Assembly (NCBI GenBank): GCA_035271345.1
Contig: DATERQ010000118.1
Location: 1-35,790, forward strand
Source of the DNA: a bacterium
GTDB taxonomy: Bacteria > Bacillota > DTU030 > DUMP01
DNA: 35,790 nt
Direction of reading: 5' to 3'
Below, piece by piece: positions 1 through 9,511 of the stretch (position 1 is the stretch's first letter; each line of letters begins with the position of its first letter). Under the pieces are notes generated by a model that saw only the letters and a program-made list of their open reading frames with translations, was not told where the DNA came from and searched no databases. Position numbers and translations under genes: made by a program.

Positions 1-302
1 CTTTTTAACTTTTGCAAAACCATGGCTGAAATCTCTTGGGGGGTGTAGTCCTTGCCGTCAATATTTGTTTTATCGGTAGAACCCATACGCCGTTTTATCG
101 ATAGAACTGTACGTTCAGGGTTCGTTATCGCTTGCCGCCAGGCCACTTGACCCACCATGCGCTCGCCGTCTTTGGAAAACGCCACTACGGAAGGAGTAAG
201 CCGACTTCCTTCGGCATTAGTGATAATAATCGGCTCTCCACCTTCCATAACCGAAACAACAGAGTTCGTTGTGCCCAAATCAATACCAATGACCTTTGCC
301 AT
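1..302 (-). CDS. dnaK: Molecular chaperone DnaK (Hsp70), N-terminal about 100 codons; the 3' part lies outside the window
   Basis: Not in the ORF track because it is open at the window edge. The reverse complement from 302 reads ATG GCA AAG GTC ATT GGT ATT GAT TTG GGC ACA ACG AAC TCT = [22 protein letters not shown]..., the Hsp70 N-terminal signature. An AAGGAGG RBS lies 11 nt upstream and overlaps the grpE stop. Confidence 0.95.
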   Translation of the reverse strand, partial: MAKVIGIDLGTTNSVVSVMEGGEPIIITNAEGSRLTPSVVAFSKDGERMVGQVAWRQAITNPERTVLSIKRRMGSTDKTNIDGKDYTPQEISAMVLQKLK

Positions 303-303
303 T

Positions 304-960
304 CTATTGTTCTACCTCCTTGATGTTAGCTGGCTCGCCTATTTGCAACCCCTCGTCGTCGTTTTCCGGCGGGCGCGGCCCTATCTTAACCAACGTCGGT
401 CGTAGTACACGGTCGTGGTAACGCCAACCCCGTAGCAGCTCTTCCACAACCACTTCCTCTTCCCCTTCATCCCGAATTAAAACCTCTTGTTGTTTAGGAT
501 CAAATGGGTGCCCAATACCAGGATTTAAGGGGGAGACTCCTTCCTTATCAAGTAAGTCCATAAATTGGCGCAACACTTGGTCTATTCCTTCCAGTAGTGG
601 GGACGTCGGTTCTGCCTGTCGACCAGCTTCTCGGGCTCGTTCCAAATTATCTATTACCGGCAATAACTTCTGCAGCAACTCTTCGTTCGCAAACTTTAAC
701 CGTTTATTCCGTTCCCGTTCCACGCGACGGCGAAAATTAATGAAATCAGCCTGCAACCTCGCCAGTTGGTTTTCATATTCTGCTATTTTTTTTGTGGCTG
801 CCTCAAGTACAGCAATGGTATCATTATCTTCGACTGCGTTTACCTCTGTGTCACTAGTTTCCGGGTCGGTAAGAAGTGTGTCTTGTTCAGAGGCCGGAAC
901 CGAAGACATGGAGCTGTCCCGATCTTGTTTAACTTCATCTCCAAGCTCCCTAACCACCAA
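304..960 (-). CDS. grpE: Nucleotide exchange factor GrpE
   Basis: 218-aa ORF with the GrpE coiled-coil and C-terminal core ([18 protein letters not shown]...[11 protein letters not shown]...[11 protein letters not shown]). Position is between the chaperonin and dnaK. The track start is TTG; an internal ATG (M18) is possible, so the start is uncertain. Confidence 0.9.
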   Translation of the reverse strand: MVVRELGDEVKQDRDSSMSSVPASEQDTLLTDPETSDTEVNAVEDNDTIAVLEAATKKIAEYENQLARLQADFINFRRRVERERNKRLKFANEELLQKLLPVIDNLERAREAGRQAEPTSPLLEGIDQVLRQFMDLLDKEGVSPLNPGIGHPFDPKQQEVLIRDEGEEEVVVEELLRGWRYHDRVLRPTLVKIGPRPPENDDEGLQIGEPANIKEVEQ

Positions 961-975
961 CTCATCACCCCAAAA

Positions 976-2559
976 TTAAAAATCTAGAGCCGTTGCCCCA
1001 ATATCACCTTGGCTGACATTTCCAGGCGGACTAATGGGATCCTTTCGTTTAATGATAGTGTCTATGCGCAATATCGCCTCAGCCACTTCCCCAGCCGCCT
1101 GGAGGGCATACGTTTTCACTAAAGCGGGATCAATAAGCTTGAGCTCCTCTGTAGAAGCTATTTTCCCATCTTCCGAGTTCATGCCAATATTATCGTTTCC
1201 GGTACTGAGTTGAGTGGCCCATACTTCTTCCACCTTCTCCAAGGGGTTAAACCCGGCATTGGAAGCAATCTGAGCCAAGGGACGCTTCAAGGCTTCCACC
1301 ACAGCATCCACACCATAAGCACTCATGCCCCTCATTTCCTGACGACTAGCGGCCAATTCACGGGCAACAGCAATCTCCACGGTACCGCCACCAGGAACAA
1401 CGCCACCTTTTATCGCCGCTTGGAGTGACGAAACGGCATCACGAGCAATACGCTCACGTTCTCCAACCACTTCTTCAGTGGCAGCCCCCACTAACATGGT
1501 AGCCATAGGCTTCCCGCTCCCACCTAGAATGCGTACCTGCCCTAGCCGCTCATCTTCATAGACATCGGTGGCAAAGCCGAGATAATCCACCAAATTTGAG
1601 GCTGGCTTTTTTAAAGCCGACCGTTTGAGCAATCTAGCGCCAGTATGTTCAGCCACAGACCACAAAGAATCGCCGGCCAAACGGTCGACCACAAAAACAC
1701 CGGCATCTGTAAGCACTTCCTCGGCAATAGTATGAACCGAATGACCAACAAGCACCAGACCTATCTCTAAATCCACTAACTTGTTTAGATTGTGCCGGAA
1801 CTCCTCCTGCAACTCTAAATACTTTTTAAAACCAATATCTGTACCCAGAGCCTCTTCTTCGATTTCCTCAGGATCTAAAGCATCGTCTAAAACCAGCACT
1901 TTTACATTTTCTTTTTTTTCTGGCATTTGACTGCTAAGTCGCTCTCGGTTCAGGACTAATCCCATAAATACCTCGTTGTCGGCCCCCTCCTGGGCTATAA
2001 TAGTATCCGCCAACCGGTAGTTATCATCACGAATTGTTTCTTCGCCCACCAGCCGGGCGGCTTTCACTGTTAGTTCAGCTATATCCTTATTTTCCCTTCC
2101 CGCAATATAGGCGATCCGTTCCAAAACAGGATCGTCTATTCGTTCCACCGGGCATGCGTGTTTTTTAATCATTTTAAGGGCTTGTTCAATACCGTATCGC
2201 ATCCCTTCGATCACACGGACCACCGGAACACCGCGCACCACATGGTTCACCCCTTCGCTTACCAGGGCTTTGGCCAAAATTGTACAGGTGGTGGTACCGT
2301 CACCTATTTCATCTTGTTGGGCCCGGGCTACATTGATCAGCATCCGAGCCGCCGGGTGATTTACATCCATTTGTTCAAGAATTGTAACTCCATCGTTGGT
2401 AATGGTAACCTCGCCAAAACGATCCACCAACATGGTATCCAACCCTTTTGGCCCCATAGTGCCTTCTATTGCTGCAGTAATAGCCCGAATAGCACTGGCA
2501 TTGGAAATCAGAGCAGCCAAGCGTTCGTCCACTTCAGCTCCCCCGGTTTCTGGCTTCAT
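976..2559 (-). CDS. Group II-like (thermosome/CCT-type, 'group III' bacterial) chaperonin, TCP-1/cpn60 family
   Basis: 527 aa carrying thermosome-type blocks rather than GroEL-type ones: MGPKGLDTMLVD, ITNDGVTILEQMDVNHPAARML, GDGTTT, VVPGGGTVE. ATG start with a GGGAG RBS. Lies 53 nt after hrcA and 15 nt before grpE. Confidence 0.9.
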   Translation of the reverse strand: MKPETGGAEVDERLAALISNASAIRAITAAIEGTMGPKGLDTMLVDRFGEVTITNDGVTILEQMDVNHPAARMLINVARAQQDEIGDGTTTCTILAKALVSEGVNHVVRGVPVVRVIEGMRYGIEQALKMIKKHACPVERIDDPVLERIAYIAGRENKDIAELTVKAARLVGEETIRDDNYRLADTIIAQEGADNEVFMGLVLNRERLSSQMPEKKENVKVLVLDDALDPEEIEEEALGTDIGFKKYLELQEEFRHNLNKLVDLEIGLVLVGHSVHTIAEEVLTDAGVFVVDRLAGDSLWSVAEHTGARLLKRSALKKPASNLVDYLGFATDVYEDERLGQVRILGGSGKPMATMLVGAATEEVVGERERIARDAVSSLQAAIKGGVVPGGGTVEIAVARELAASRQEMRGMSAYGVDAVVEALKRPLAQIASNAGFNPLEKVEEVWATQLSTGNDNIGMNSEDGKIASTEELKLIDPALVKTYALQAAGEVAEAILRIDTIIKRKDPISPPGNVSQGDIGATALDF

Positions 2560-2612
2560 TCATACCTACTCCCTTCTAACTGTTTCTTTGTCAAAACATG
2601 CAGCATCCCTGG

Positions 2613-3650
2613 TCAGTTATCGTCTTGTGCTGAAAAAGTCTCTTCCAGGCAACAAGCCATGTGTTCCAGCACCAAAATTACATGGGCATAGTCCATCCGC
2701 GTCGGTCCTAACACCGCCACAGTTCCAGTAGACCTCCCGTTGATAGTATAGGTGGATGACACCACTGTACAATTTTGCACCACTGGCAATCTGTTCTCCC
2801 GGCCAATGGTTATGGTAATCCCCGGTTCGCGTTGCAAAAGCTGTAACAACAATGCCTCTTCCTCGAATAAAGCCAATAAATGACGTACCTTCTCTAAATC
2901 CTGAAACTCAGGCTGCGCCAAGATGTTATGAGTGCCACCAGTGAACACCCGGCTCCGACCGCCGGCCTTAAGCCAACCCATTAGTGTTTCGGCGATCTGG
3001 GTTACTAAATTATGGCTGAGAGTGTGTTCTTCCAGCAACTCTAAGTACACTTCATCCAACAGCCGGCCGGTAATCTCCTCCATAGGCCTACCGGCTAAAC
3101 GACAACTGAAATAAGCTGCCAAGGTCTCCAGGTGTTCTGGCTCCACCTCAGGTGGCAATACCAAAACCCTGTTTTCCAGCTGTCCATTATCTGTAAACAG
3201 AAGGGCCAAAACCAACTGCTGGCTTAAATGGACCAGTTTAATTTCGACTAACCGGCCAGTGTGAATGCGGGGGCTGGTGATTAAGCCGACGTAACTGGAA
3301 AGTTGTGATAATAGCCTAGAAGCCGTGGCCAATACCAAATCTGCTTCACGAGCGCCGGAATAAATAAATTCATTCAACAAATTCTGTTCCGAATAGGTCA
3401 GTCGATCTTCCTCCATTAAATGGTCAACATAAAAGCGATATCCGTGGTCAGATGGAACCCGGCCAGCTGACACGTGGGGCTGTCTCAAATAACCCATTTC
3501 CTCCAAATCGGCCATTTCATTTCTAATAGTGGCCGTGCTAACACCAAGGTTGTGGCGACGGGCAAGAGTGCGAGACCCAACCGGCTCAGCAGTATTTACA
3601 TATTCCGCTACGATCGCCTTTAATACTTCCCGCTGGCGTTCGGTTAACAC
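2613..3650 (-). CDS. hrcA: Heat-inducible transcription repressor HrcA
   Basis: Strong family match (PVGSRTLARRHNLGVSTATIRNEMADLEEMGYLRQPHVSAGRVPSDHGYRFYVDHL). The track start at 3683 lies inside the CIRCE operator. The GTG at 3650 (MLTERQREVL..., as in B. subtilis HrcA MLTNRQ) follows a GGGGGTGGGG RBS and is the likelier start. Confidence 0.9.
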   Translation of the reverse strand: MLTERQREVLKAIVAEYVNTAEPVGSRTLARRHNLGVSTATIRNEMADLEEMGYLRQPHVSAGRVPSDHGYRFYVDHLMEEDRLTYSEQNLLNEFIYSGAREADLVLATASRLLSQLSSYVGLITSPRIHTGRLVEIKLVHLSQQLVLALLFTDNGQLENRVLVLPPEVEPEHLETLAAYFSCRLAGRPMEEITGRLLDEVYLELLEEHTLSHNLVTQIAETLMGWLKAGGRSRVFTGGTHNILAQPEFQDLEKVRHLLALFEEEALLLQLLQREPGITITIGRENRLPVVQNCTVVSSTYTINGRSTGTVAVLGPTRMDYAHVILVLEHMACCLEETFSAQDDN

Positions 3651-3676
3651 TTTCCCCACCCCCAAGATTTGTTTTG

Positions 3677-3703
3677 TTAGCACTCTCAGTAGGAGAGTGC
3701 TAA
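3677..3703 (-). promoter_or_regulatory. CIRCE operator (HrcA binding site), perfect inverted repeat
   Basis: TTAGCACTC-TCAGTAGGA-GAGTGCTAA matches the consensus TTAGCACTC-N9-GAGTGCTAA exactly. It sits immediately downstream of the putative promoter and upstream of hrcA. Confidence 0.95.
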
Positions 3704-3715
3704 CAATCCCTCTTC

Positions 3716-3744
3716 AAGATAACACCAATATACGCCCCTGTCAA
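3716..3744 (-). promoter_or_regulatory. Putative sigma-A promoter of the hrcA-chaperonin-grpE-dnaK operon
   Basis: The minus strand reads TTGACA (3744-3739), a 17-nt spacer, then TATCTT (3721-3716). The -35 overlaps the hemW TGA stop, and CIRCE starts 12 nt downstream of the -10. Confidence 0.55.
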
Positions 3745-4880
3745 GAAGGATCGTCCGGCAAAAAAGACATCGCCACTTGGTTAGCCAATAACAAGCCTCT
3801 GGGACTTAGACGCAACCGTCGCTCATCGATCTCGATTAGACCATATTTCGACAGCCGCTTTATAACTGTTGGATAAGCTTCAACTATATCCTGGCCAAAC
3901 CGTGTCCTAAAACGCCACCGCGACAGACCCCTTTTCAGTCTCAAAGCCAGCATTACCGTTTCTGCTTGTTCCAGTTCCGCCGTGACCCGTTCGCGTTCCT
4001 CGATTGGGAGCCACCCCCGTTCCAAACATTGGATATAGCGGGTCAGATCTCTGGCATTGGTCCAACGTTCCTTTTGCAAATAGGACACCGCCGCTGGTCC
4101 CAACCCCAAATAAGATTCGTTCTGCCAATACAATATATTGTGCCGGCAAACAAATCCCTGCCGGGCGAAGTTGGAAATTTCATACTGTAAAAGCCCGGCT
4201 TTGGTAAGAATATCCTGGGCTACATAATACTGTGCTATCTCCAGTTCCTCAGGGCAGGGGGACAACTGTCGCAATGCAAATAGAGTTCCTTCTTCGATAG
4301 TCAATCCATAAGCAGAAATATGGTTCGGTGTCAATGCCACTGCTTCACTGAGTGTCTCCTGCCAAAGATTCTTGCTTTGGCCCGGGATTCCATAGATGAG
4401 ATCCAAACTCATGTTGTCGAATCCCGCCTGTCTCCCTTGCTGCCAAGCTGCCTTTGCTTTAGCACCAGAATGAGTTCGCCCTAAAAACTGAAGTAGGTTA
4501 TCATCGAAACTTTGCACACCTAGGCTCAATCTATTTACTCCAAATTGGTGCAATATCGACAGTTTTTCCCTAGTAAGGGTATCAGGATTTGCTTCCACCG
4601 ACCATTCTGCATCAGCCCGGCGAGGAAAAATAGCAATTATTCCGCACAACCGTTCAAGTTCTTCCACTGCTAATGCTGTCGGTGTGCCGCCGCCGATATA
4701 AATTGAACCCACCTCCCGACCATCAAGCCAGGAGGTGATATATAGCCGGGCTTCTCGTTCTAAGGCCTGTAAATATTGCTGAACCGCCTTCGTACTATAA
4801 GGCTCGGAAAAAAAATCGCAATAATAGCATTTGCTCCAGCAAAAGGGTACATGAACATAAAGTCCTATCCCGGTAACCAT
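3741..4880 (-). CDS. hemW: Radical SAM heme chaperone HemW (HemN-like, oxygen-independent coproporphyrinogen oxidase family)
   Basis: N-terminal radical-SAM CxxxCxxC (CWSKCYYC), GGGTPT motif and C-terminal HemN_C-like region. Conserved lepA-hemN-hrcA synteny. The start ATG overlaps the lepA stop (TAATG). Confidence 0.85.
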   Translation of the reverse strand: MVTGIGLYVHVPFCWSKCYYCDFFSEPYSTKAVQQYLQALEREARLYITSWLDGREVGSIYIGGGTPTALAVEELERLCGIIAIFPRRADAEWSVEANPDTLTREKLSILHQFGVNRLSLGVQSFDDNLLQFLGRTHSGAKAKAAWQQGRQAGFDNMSLDLIYGIPGQSKNLWQETLSEAVALTPNHISAYGLTIEEGTLFALRQLSPCPEELEIAQYYVAQDILTKAGLLQYEISNFARQGFVCRHNILYWQNESYLGLGPAAVSYLQKERWTNARDLTRYIQCLERGWLPIEERERVTAELEQAETVMLALRLKRGLSRWRFRTRFGQDIVEAYPTVIKRLSKYGLIEIDERRLRLSPRGLLLANQVAMSFLPDDPS

Positions 4881-6679
4881 TAATCCACCTTGAGTACGGC
4901 CATGAAAGCTTCTTGCGGAATCTCCACATTTCCTACTTGTTTCATTCTCTTTTTACCCTCTTTTTGCCTTTCCAACAGCTTACGTTTCCGAGTTACATCA
5001 CCACCGTAACATTTGGCTAACACATCTTTGCGCAAAGCTTGTACAGTCTCCCGCGCTATAATTTGATTGCCGATGGCAGCTTGAATTGGTACATTGAATA
5101 ACTGCCGGGGGATTAAACTTCTCAGCTTCTCCACCAAACGTCGCCCTTGCTGCTGGGCCCGTTCGCGGTGAACAATGATGGATAACGCATCCACAGGCTC
5201 GCCGTTGATCAAAATATCGAGCTTGACCAAATTACCTGGTCGGTGAGCTAGATATTCATAATCCAAAGATGCATAACCGCGAGTGCGGGATTTTAGTAAA
5301 TCGAAAAAGTCGAATACTATTTCAGATAAGGGTAGGTCATACGTAATAAGAACTCGGGACACATCTAAATATTCCATATTGTGATATTGGCCCCTTTTTT
5401 CCTGGGCCAACTCCATCACTGCCCCAATATAATCGTCCGGGACAACAATAGTAGCGCGTACAAATGGCTCAGCCAGACTTTCAATTTCGGTGGGGGGTGG
5501 AAGTTTCGCCGGACTGTCCATAACTAAAACTTCGCCCCCGGTTTTGGTGACTTCATAACCTACGTTTGGAGCTGTAGCAATAATGTGGACACCGAATTCC
5601 CGCTCCAGTCGCTCTTGCACTATTTCCATGTGGAGTAGCCCCAAGAAACCACACCGAAAACCAAATCCCAACGCTGCTGATGTCTCCGGTTCAAATGCAA
5701 GAGCAGCATCGTTAAGCTGCAACTTTTCCAGGGATTCTCGCAGTTGATGATAATCATTGGTCTCCTGTGGATACAGACCGCAAAACACCATTGGACGCAA
5801 ATGCCGATAACCAGGGAGAGGCTTGCTCACGCTATGATCGGGGTCGGTGATGGTATCGCCAACACGCGCATCGTGGATATCTTTTATTCCAGCCACCAAA
5901 TAGCCAACATCGCCAGGCCCAAGTTCGGATACTGGAACCATATTACGACCGAACACCCCAACCTCGTCCACTTCATATTCTTTGTCAGAGGCCCAACACT
6001 TAATTTTTTGCCCAGCCTCAATGCTACCTTGCATGACTCGAATATAGGCGATAACACCACGATAAAGGTCGAACTTAGAATCGAAAATAAGTGCGGCTAA
6101 TGGATCTGTTTTTTTGCCTTTGGGGGGAGATATCCTGAGGGCAATGGCCTCTAAGATTTCTGGCACCCCTTCTCCCGTTTTAGCACTGCAAAGTATGGCC
6201 GAGTCCGGTCCCAAACCCAGCACATCTACCAGCTCTTTTTTAACCAAATCAGGATTGGCCGCCGGCAAGTCCATTTTATTGATAACAGGAATGAGGGTCA
6301 GATCATGCTCCAAGGCCAGGTAAGCATTAGCCAGCGTCTGGGCCTCGATCCCTTGGCTAGCATCAACTACCAGCAAAGCTCCCTCACAAGCAGCCAAGCT
6401 ACGGGAAACTTCATAGCTAAAGTCCACGTGCCCTGGGGTGTCAATAAGGTTGTAGCAGTATTTTTTTCCGTCAGGGCCGGAATAAGTAAACTGCACCGGC
6501 ATTAGTTTAATGGTGATGCCCCGTTCCCGTTCCAAATCCATTTGATCCAGCACCTGATCCTGCATTTCCCGGTTTGAAAAAGCCCCCGTGTGTTCCAAGA
6601 TTCTGTCGGCTAAAGTAGATTTGCCATGGTCGATATGAGCGATGATACAAAAATTGCGGATATCGTTTGTATCGGTCAT
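4880..6679 (-). CDS. lepA: Translation elongation factor 4 (LepA)
   Basis: [21 protein letters not shown]1 motif, [12 protein letters not shown], and a conserved LepA C-terminal domain. The track start (6742) adds 21 unlikely residues. The ATG at 6679 follows a GAGGAAGG RBS. Confidence 0.95.
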   Translation of the reverse strand: MTDTNDIRNFCIIAHIDHGKSTLADRILEHTGAFSNREMQDQVLDQMDLERERGITIKLMPVQFTYSGPDGKKYCYNLIDTPGHVDFSYEVSRSLAACEGALLVVDASQGIEAQTLANAYLALEHDLTLIPVINKMDLPAANPDLVKKELVDVLGLGPDSAILCSAKTGEGVPEILEAIALRISPPKGKKTDPLAALIFDSKFDLYRGVIAYIRVMQGSIEAGQKIKCWASDKEYEVDEVGVFGRNMVPVSELGPGDVGYLVAGIKDIHDARVGDTITDPDHSVSKPLPGYRHLRPMVFCGLYPQETNDYHQLRESLEKLQLNDAALAFEPETSAALGFGFRCGFLGLLHMEIVQERLEREFGVHIIATAPNVGYEVTKTGGEVLVMDSPAKLPPPTEIESLAEPFVRATIVVPDDYIGAVMELAQEKRGQYHNMEYLDVSRVLITYDLPLSEIVFDFFDLLKSRTRGYASLDYEYLAHRPGNLVKLDILINGEPVDALSIIVHRERAQQQGRRLVEKLRSLIPRQLFNVPIQAAIGNQIIARETVQALRKDVLAKCYGGDVTRKRKLLERQKEGKKRMKQVGNVEIPQEAFMAVLKVD

Positions 6680-6713
6680 GAAATTCCGCCTTCCTCTGCC
6701 CTTGCTATCGAAA

Positions 6714-6742
6714 ATTATACCATTTAGCTTTATAAGCAGCAA
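6714..6742 (-). promoter_or_regulatory. Putative sigma-A promoter for lepA with extended -10
   Basis: The minus strand reads TTGCTG (6742-6737), a 17-nt spacer ending in TGg, then TATAAT (6719-6714). Confidence 0.5.
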
Positions 6743-6758
6743 CCTGAACCCCGATTCA

Positions 6759-7916
6759 TTAGCCTTCAGGCCCCCTATCCAGCCACGCTTTCAAAGCTAG
6801 AGCCAAGTATTCTGCTCCTAGCATTGCCTCCTCCACTGTATTTTGATCGCCGCCGATTTCAATTAGAAGTAGCTGCGGATGTAAGTGTTGATTAAAGCGG
6901 GCCTGGTCGGTTTTAATCCCACGCGATAACCCTGGAACCGACCTTTCCAATTGTTCCTGCAGTTGTACGGCAAAGGCATAGTTTTGGTGCCAATTCGGGT
7001 GTTCCAACCCCAGTTGGTCAGTCCCGACAATAATATAAACGCGTCCTACCTGTTCGCCTCCTATTTCAACAGTGGTAAGACGGCGTGATTTCTCATTATC
7101 GCGGCTGGGAGCATCGCGATGGATATCCAAGACTACGTCCAAATTGGGGTTTCGTTTTAGTAACTCGGCAACCGTATCTGCTGACCGCAAATAAGCCTCA
7201 CGAAATACATCAGCATCATGTACAGTGGTGTCATGTACACAACAAATGTCGTGTTTCGTTTCCAATTCTTGTGTTAATTTCCGGCCTACGGCCACTATAC
7301 CTGCTTCTCGGTCATAAGTATGAGTATGCCCACACGTGGATACGTAATCCTCACAAGTGTGGGTATGGTAAATGGCTACCCGGGCAGGTCCCTTAGCAAT
7401 AGTTGTTATTACCGATTTTGCCATCTGTCGTGTCGTAGGTTCTGATACCGTCTTATCCTGCGCTGGATCCAGGCCTACATTTTCAGGTTCTGATGGTGAC
7501 GGGCATCGATGGCCACCTCGCGCCGCCACTTGAAACCAACCAAATTCCGCTTGCATCAAATCTAGTGGTTGCAAGCCCAGTTTCAACCGGGTTGTATTAG
7601 GGTAAAGCCAGAACAGAAAATTATTGGTCCTACCCGGGTCAGAAGATTGATACCAGCAGGATAACGGCAGCTCTTGGCTGACAATCCACATATAATCCAT
7701 TTTAAAGCTGTCTAGAATTGAACTCAACCAGCCGACCCTGATCTTATTTTGATCTTTATGAGCCAGAGCAGGCACCACTGGCGGGGAAAGAACGCCCAGG
7801 TAAGGCTTACCAATAACCGCTAAACTGATCATGAAGAACATTATGGTTACCAGCAGCACGCCTTTCATAAAGGGCAGCGCTAGCCGCCCTCGCTTAATAA
7901 TTGCTGCCCAACGCAT
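6759..7916 (-). CDS. spoIIP: Stage II sporulation protein P (SpoIIP), cell-wall amidase/endopeptidase family
   Basis: C-terminal SpoIIP domain (VAIYHTHT...LDIHRD...IIVG...FNQHL...LLIEIGG). N-terminal TM segment. Position next to lepA as in Bacillus. The ATG at 7916 follows GGGGGTGAGG; the track start at 7955 is TTG. Confidence 0.8.
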   Translation of the reverse strand: MRWAAIIKRGRLALPFMKGVLLVTIMFFMISLAVIGKPYLGVLSPPVVPALAHKDQNKIRVGWLSSILDSFKMDYMWIVSQELPLSCWYQSSDPGRTNNFLFWLYPNTTRLKLGLQPLDLMQAEFGWFQVAARGGHRCPSPSEPENVGLDPAQDKTVSEPTTRQMAKSVITTIAKGPARVAIYHTHTCEDYVSTCGHTHTYDREAGIVAVGRKLTQELETKHDICCVHDTTVHDADVFREAYLRSADTVAELLKRNPNLDVVLDIHRDAPSRDNEKSRRLTTVEIGGEQVGRVYIIVGTDQLGLEHPNWHQNYAFAVQLQEQLERSVPGLSRGIKTDQARFNQHLHPQLLLIEIGGDQNTVEEAMLGAEYLALALKAWLDRGPEG

Positions 7917-8049
7917 TGGCCTCACCCCCTTGGCTCCAGTATGTCTCCTTAGCAAAGCCCAAAGGCTGTTGGGCCAACTCCATATACTAAAAGCGTATTC
8001 CAGCCCCGATAGTTATAGACCTCAGCCTTTGGCTTGCGTTCCCGTTCCC

Positions 8050-8078
8050 TTGCTTTTCCCATAACCCCATGGTACAAT
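8050..8078 (+). promoter_or_regulatory. Putative sigma-A promoter for rpsT with extended -10
   Basis: TTGCTT (8050-8055), a 17-nt spacer ending in TGg, then TACAAT (8073-8078), about 47 nt upstream of the rpsT ATG. Confidence 0.55.
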
Positions 8079-8125
8079 GTGCTAGTAGTTCACAGATTCG
8101 TTAAGTTTAGTCTGGGGGTGAAGCA

Positions 8126-8404
8126 ATGGCAAATATAAAATCAGCCCGCAAAAGGGTCCGTATTAGTGAAAAACAACGGCTTAGAAACAGCATGGTAAAG
8201 TCGCGTCTGCGTACTGCGGTCCGGCGCTTCCATGAAGCCGTAGTTATTAATGACCCCGAGCAGGTAAAGCAGGCACTTAATAACGCTTTCAGCGTCATTG
8301 ACAAAGCTGCCACTAAAGGTGTAATCCACAAAAACAAAGCTGCCCGACAAAAGGCGTTGCTGTCAAGGCAATTGAATACCATGGAAACGGCAGTGGCAGA
8401 ATAA
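8126..8404 (+). CDS. rpsT: 30S ribosomal protein S20
   Basis: MANIKSARKRVRISEKQRLRN... is a typical basic S20 N-terminus. 92 aa. GGGGGTGA RBS. Confidence 0.95.
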   Translation: MANIKSARKRVRISEKQRLRNSMVKSRLRTAVRRFHEAVVINDPEQVKQALNNAFSVIDKAATKGVIHKNKAARQKALLSRQLNTMETAVAE

Positions 8405-8405
8405 A

Positions 8406-8444
8406 CCCCTTCCTTTCCCTTATAATAAGGAGCTCAGGAAGGGG
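8406..8444. terminator. Bidirectional terminator-like hairpin between convergent rpsT and holA
   Basis: CCCCTTCCT (8406-8414) pairs with AGGAAGGGG (8436-8444) for 9 bp. The loop contains an inner CCTTA/TAAGG stem. T-tracts are short on both strands (CTTCCTGT on plus, TTTAT on minus). Confidence 0.55.
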
Positions 8445-8485
8445 CTTCCTGTCGGGTCTGAGCACAATGAGTTTTGGCTTACTAT

Positions 8486-9508
8486 CTATAATAATATTGC
8501 CTCTTCCAGCACCAATTTAGGCTCTAAACTGGTGCTTTTTAATTTCTCATCGGCGGCGGCCAGTTTTCTGATAAGACGATAAATCTCACCCCAGCTAAAA
8601 TGACGGCTTTGGGCCACAGCCTTTTGGGCCACATACGGATGTATTTTAAGCATTTTTGCTACTTGTTGGGGTGCAATTTTTTGCTCCAGAGCCGCTTTTG
8701 CTGATCCCACAATGCGCAGTTGATACGCTAATAAGCCCACTAAACCGATTGGCCTTTCCCCTTGGCGGAGTAGCTCCTGAAGGGCAAACAATGCTTGCTC
8801 ACGGTTCTTAGACAACACCGCATCTGTCAGCGCAAACACACGACTCTCTCTGGATTCTGAGACCAATAATTCAATATCATGCCGGCTGACAGTACCGCCA
8901 TCTTGGGCATAGCTTGCCAACTTGTCCAGTTCTTGTTCTAGTTGGGCCAAACTCCAGCCTGCACGCTGTAGCAAACTTGAAAGAGCACCAGGTTCTAAGC
9001 CCAGCCCAAGTTCCTTACTGCGCCATTTAATCCACTGCTCCAACTCTCGCCCCCTTAAGGGCACAAACTCCAGCAATTCACCAAATTTTGCCGCTGCCCG
9101 GGCAACTTTAGTTCTTTTATCAATGGTACCCACAACACACAAAACCAAACAGACAGTTGAAGCCAGGGACTCAATTAAAGCCGGTAGCTGATCCCATAGA
9201 TCATTTTGCGCAACCATTGTTTTTCCTACCACTTTTTTGCTGCTATCTTTTGGTCTTATGCCTCTCACCACCACCAACCGCCGGTCTGCCATCCATGGGG
9301 CTTGGGCCACAGCCGCTGCCAATCTCCCCTCATGGGCATGGGCAGCATCTAACCAGTCGCTGTTAATATCACGCAGTTGGCCCAACCCCAGCGCCGCTTC
9401 AATTCTATTCACGGTCTCATAAATCAAATATGATTCTTCACCCGCCAACAGATAGCACGGTGCTAGCTGTTTTTGCTCTATTTGTTGCCAAATTGTTTGC
9501 CAGTTCAC
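8486..9508 (-). CDS. holA: DNA polymerase III delta subunit (HolA)
   Basis: 340 aa with the delta-subunit pattern (YLLAGEESYL..., C-terminal helical domain). Conserved comEC-holA-(rpsT) neighbourhood. GTG start with a GGGGG RBS. Confidence 0.8.
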   Translation of the reverse strand: MNWQTIWQQIEQKQLAPCYLLAGEESYLIYETVNRIEAALGLGQLRDINSDWLDAAHAHEGRLAAAVAQAPWMADRRLVVVRGIRPKDSSKKVVGKTMVAQNDLWDQLPALIESLASTVCLVLCVVGTIDKRTKVARAAAKFGELLEFVPLRGRELEQWIKWRSKELGLGLEPGALSSLLQRAGWSLAQLEQELDKLASYAQDGGTVSRHDIELLVSESRESRVFALTDAVLSKNREQALFALQELLRQGERPIGLVGLLAYQLRIVGSAKAALEQKIAPQQVAKMLKIHPYVAQKAVAQSRHFSWGEIYRLIRKLAAADEKLKSTSLEPKLVLEEAILL

Positions 9509-9511
9509 AGT

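Noticed and set aside
2158-2691. 177-aa plus-strand ORF. The same applies to similar antisense ORFs such as 3529-3876, 5744-6100, 7085-7396, 18225-18539, 26261-26626, 30544-30873 and 35029-35406.
   Set aside because: All lie antisense to strongly conserved, confidently identified genes. They have low-complexity or Ser/Pro/Arg-rich composition and no RBS, which is typical of shadow ORFs.
8107-8382. 91-aa ORF antisense to rpsT
   Set aside because: It is a shadow of the highly conserved S20 gene. No independent evidence supports it.
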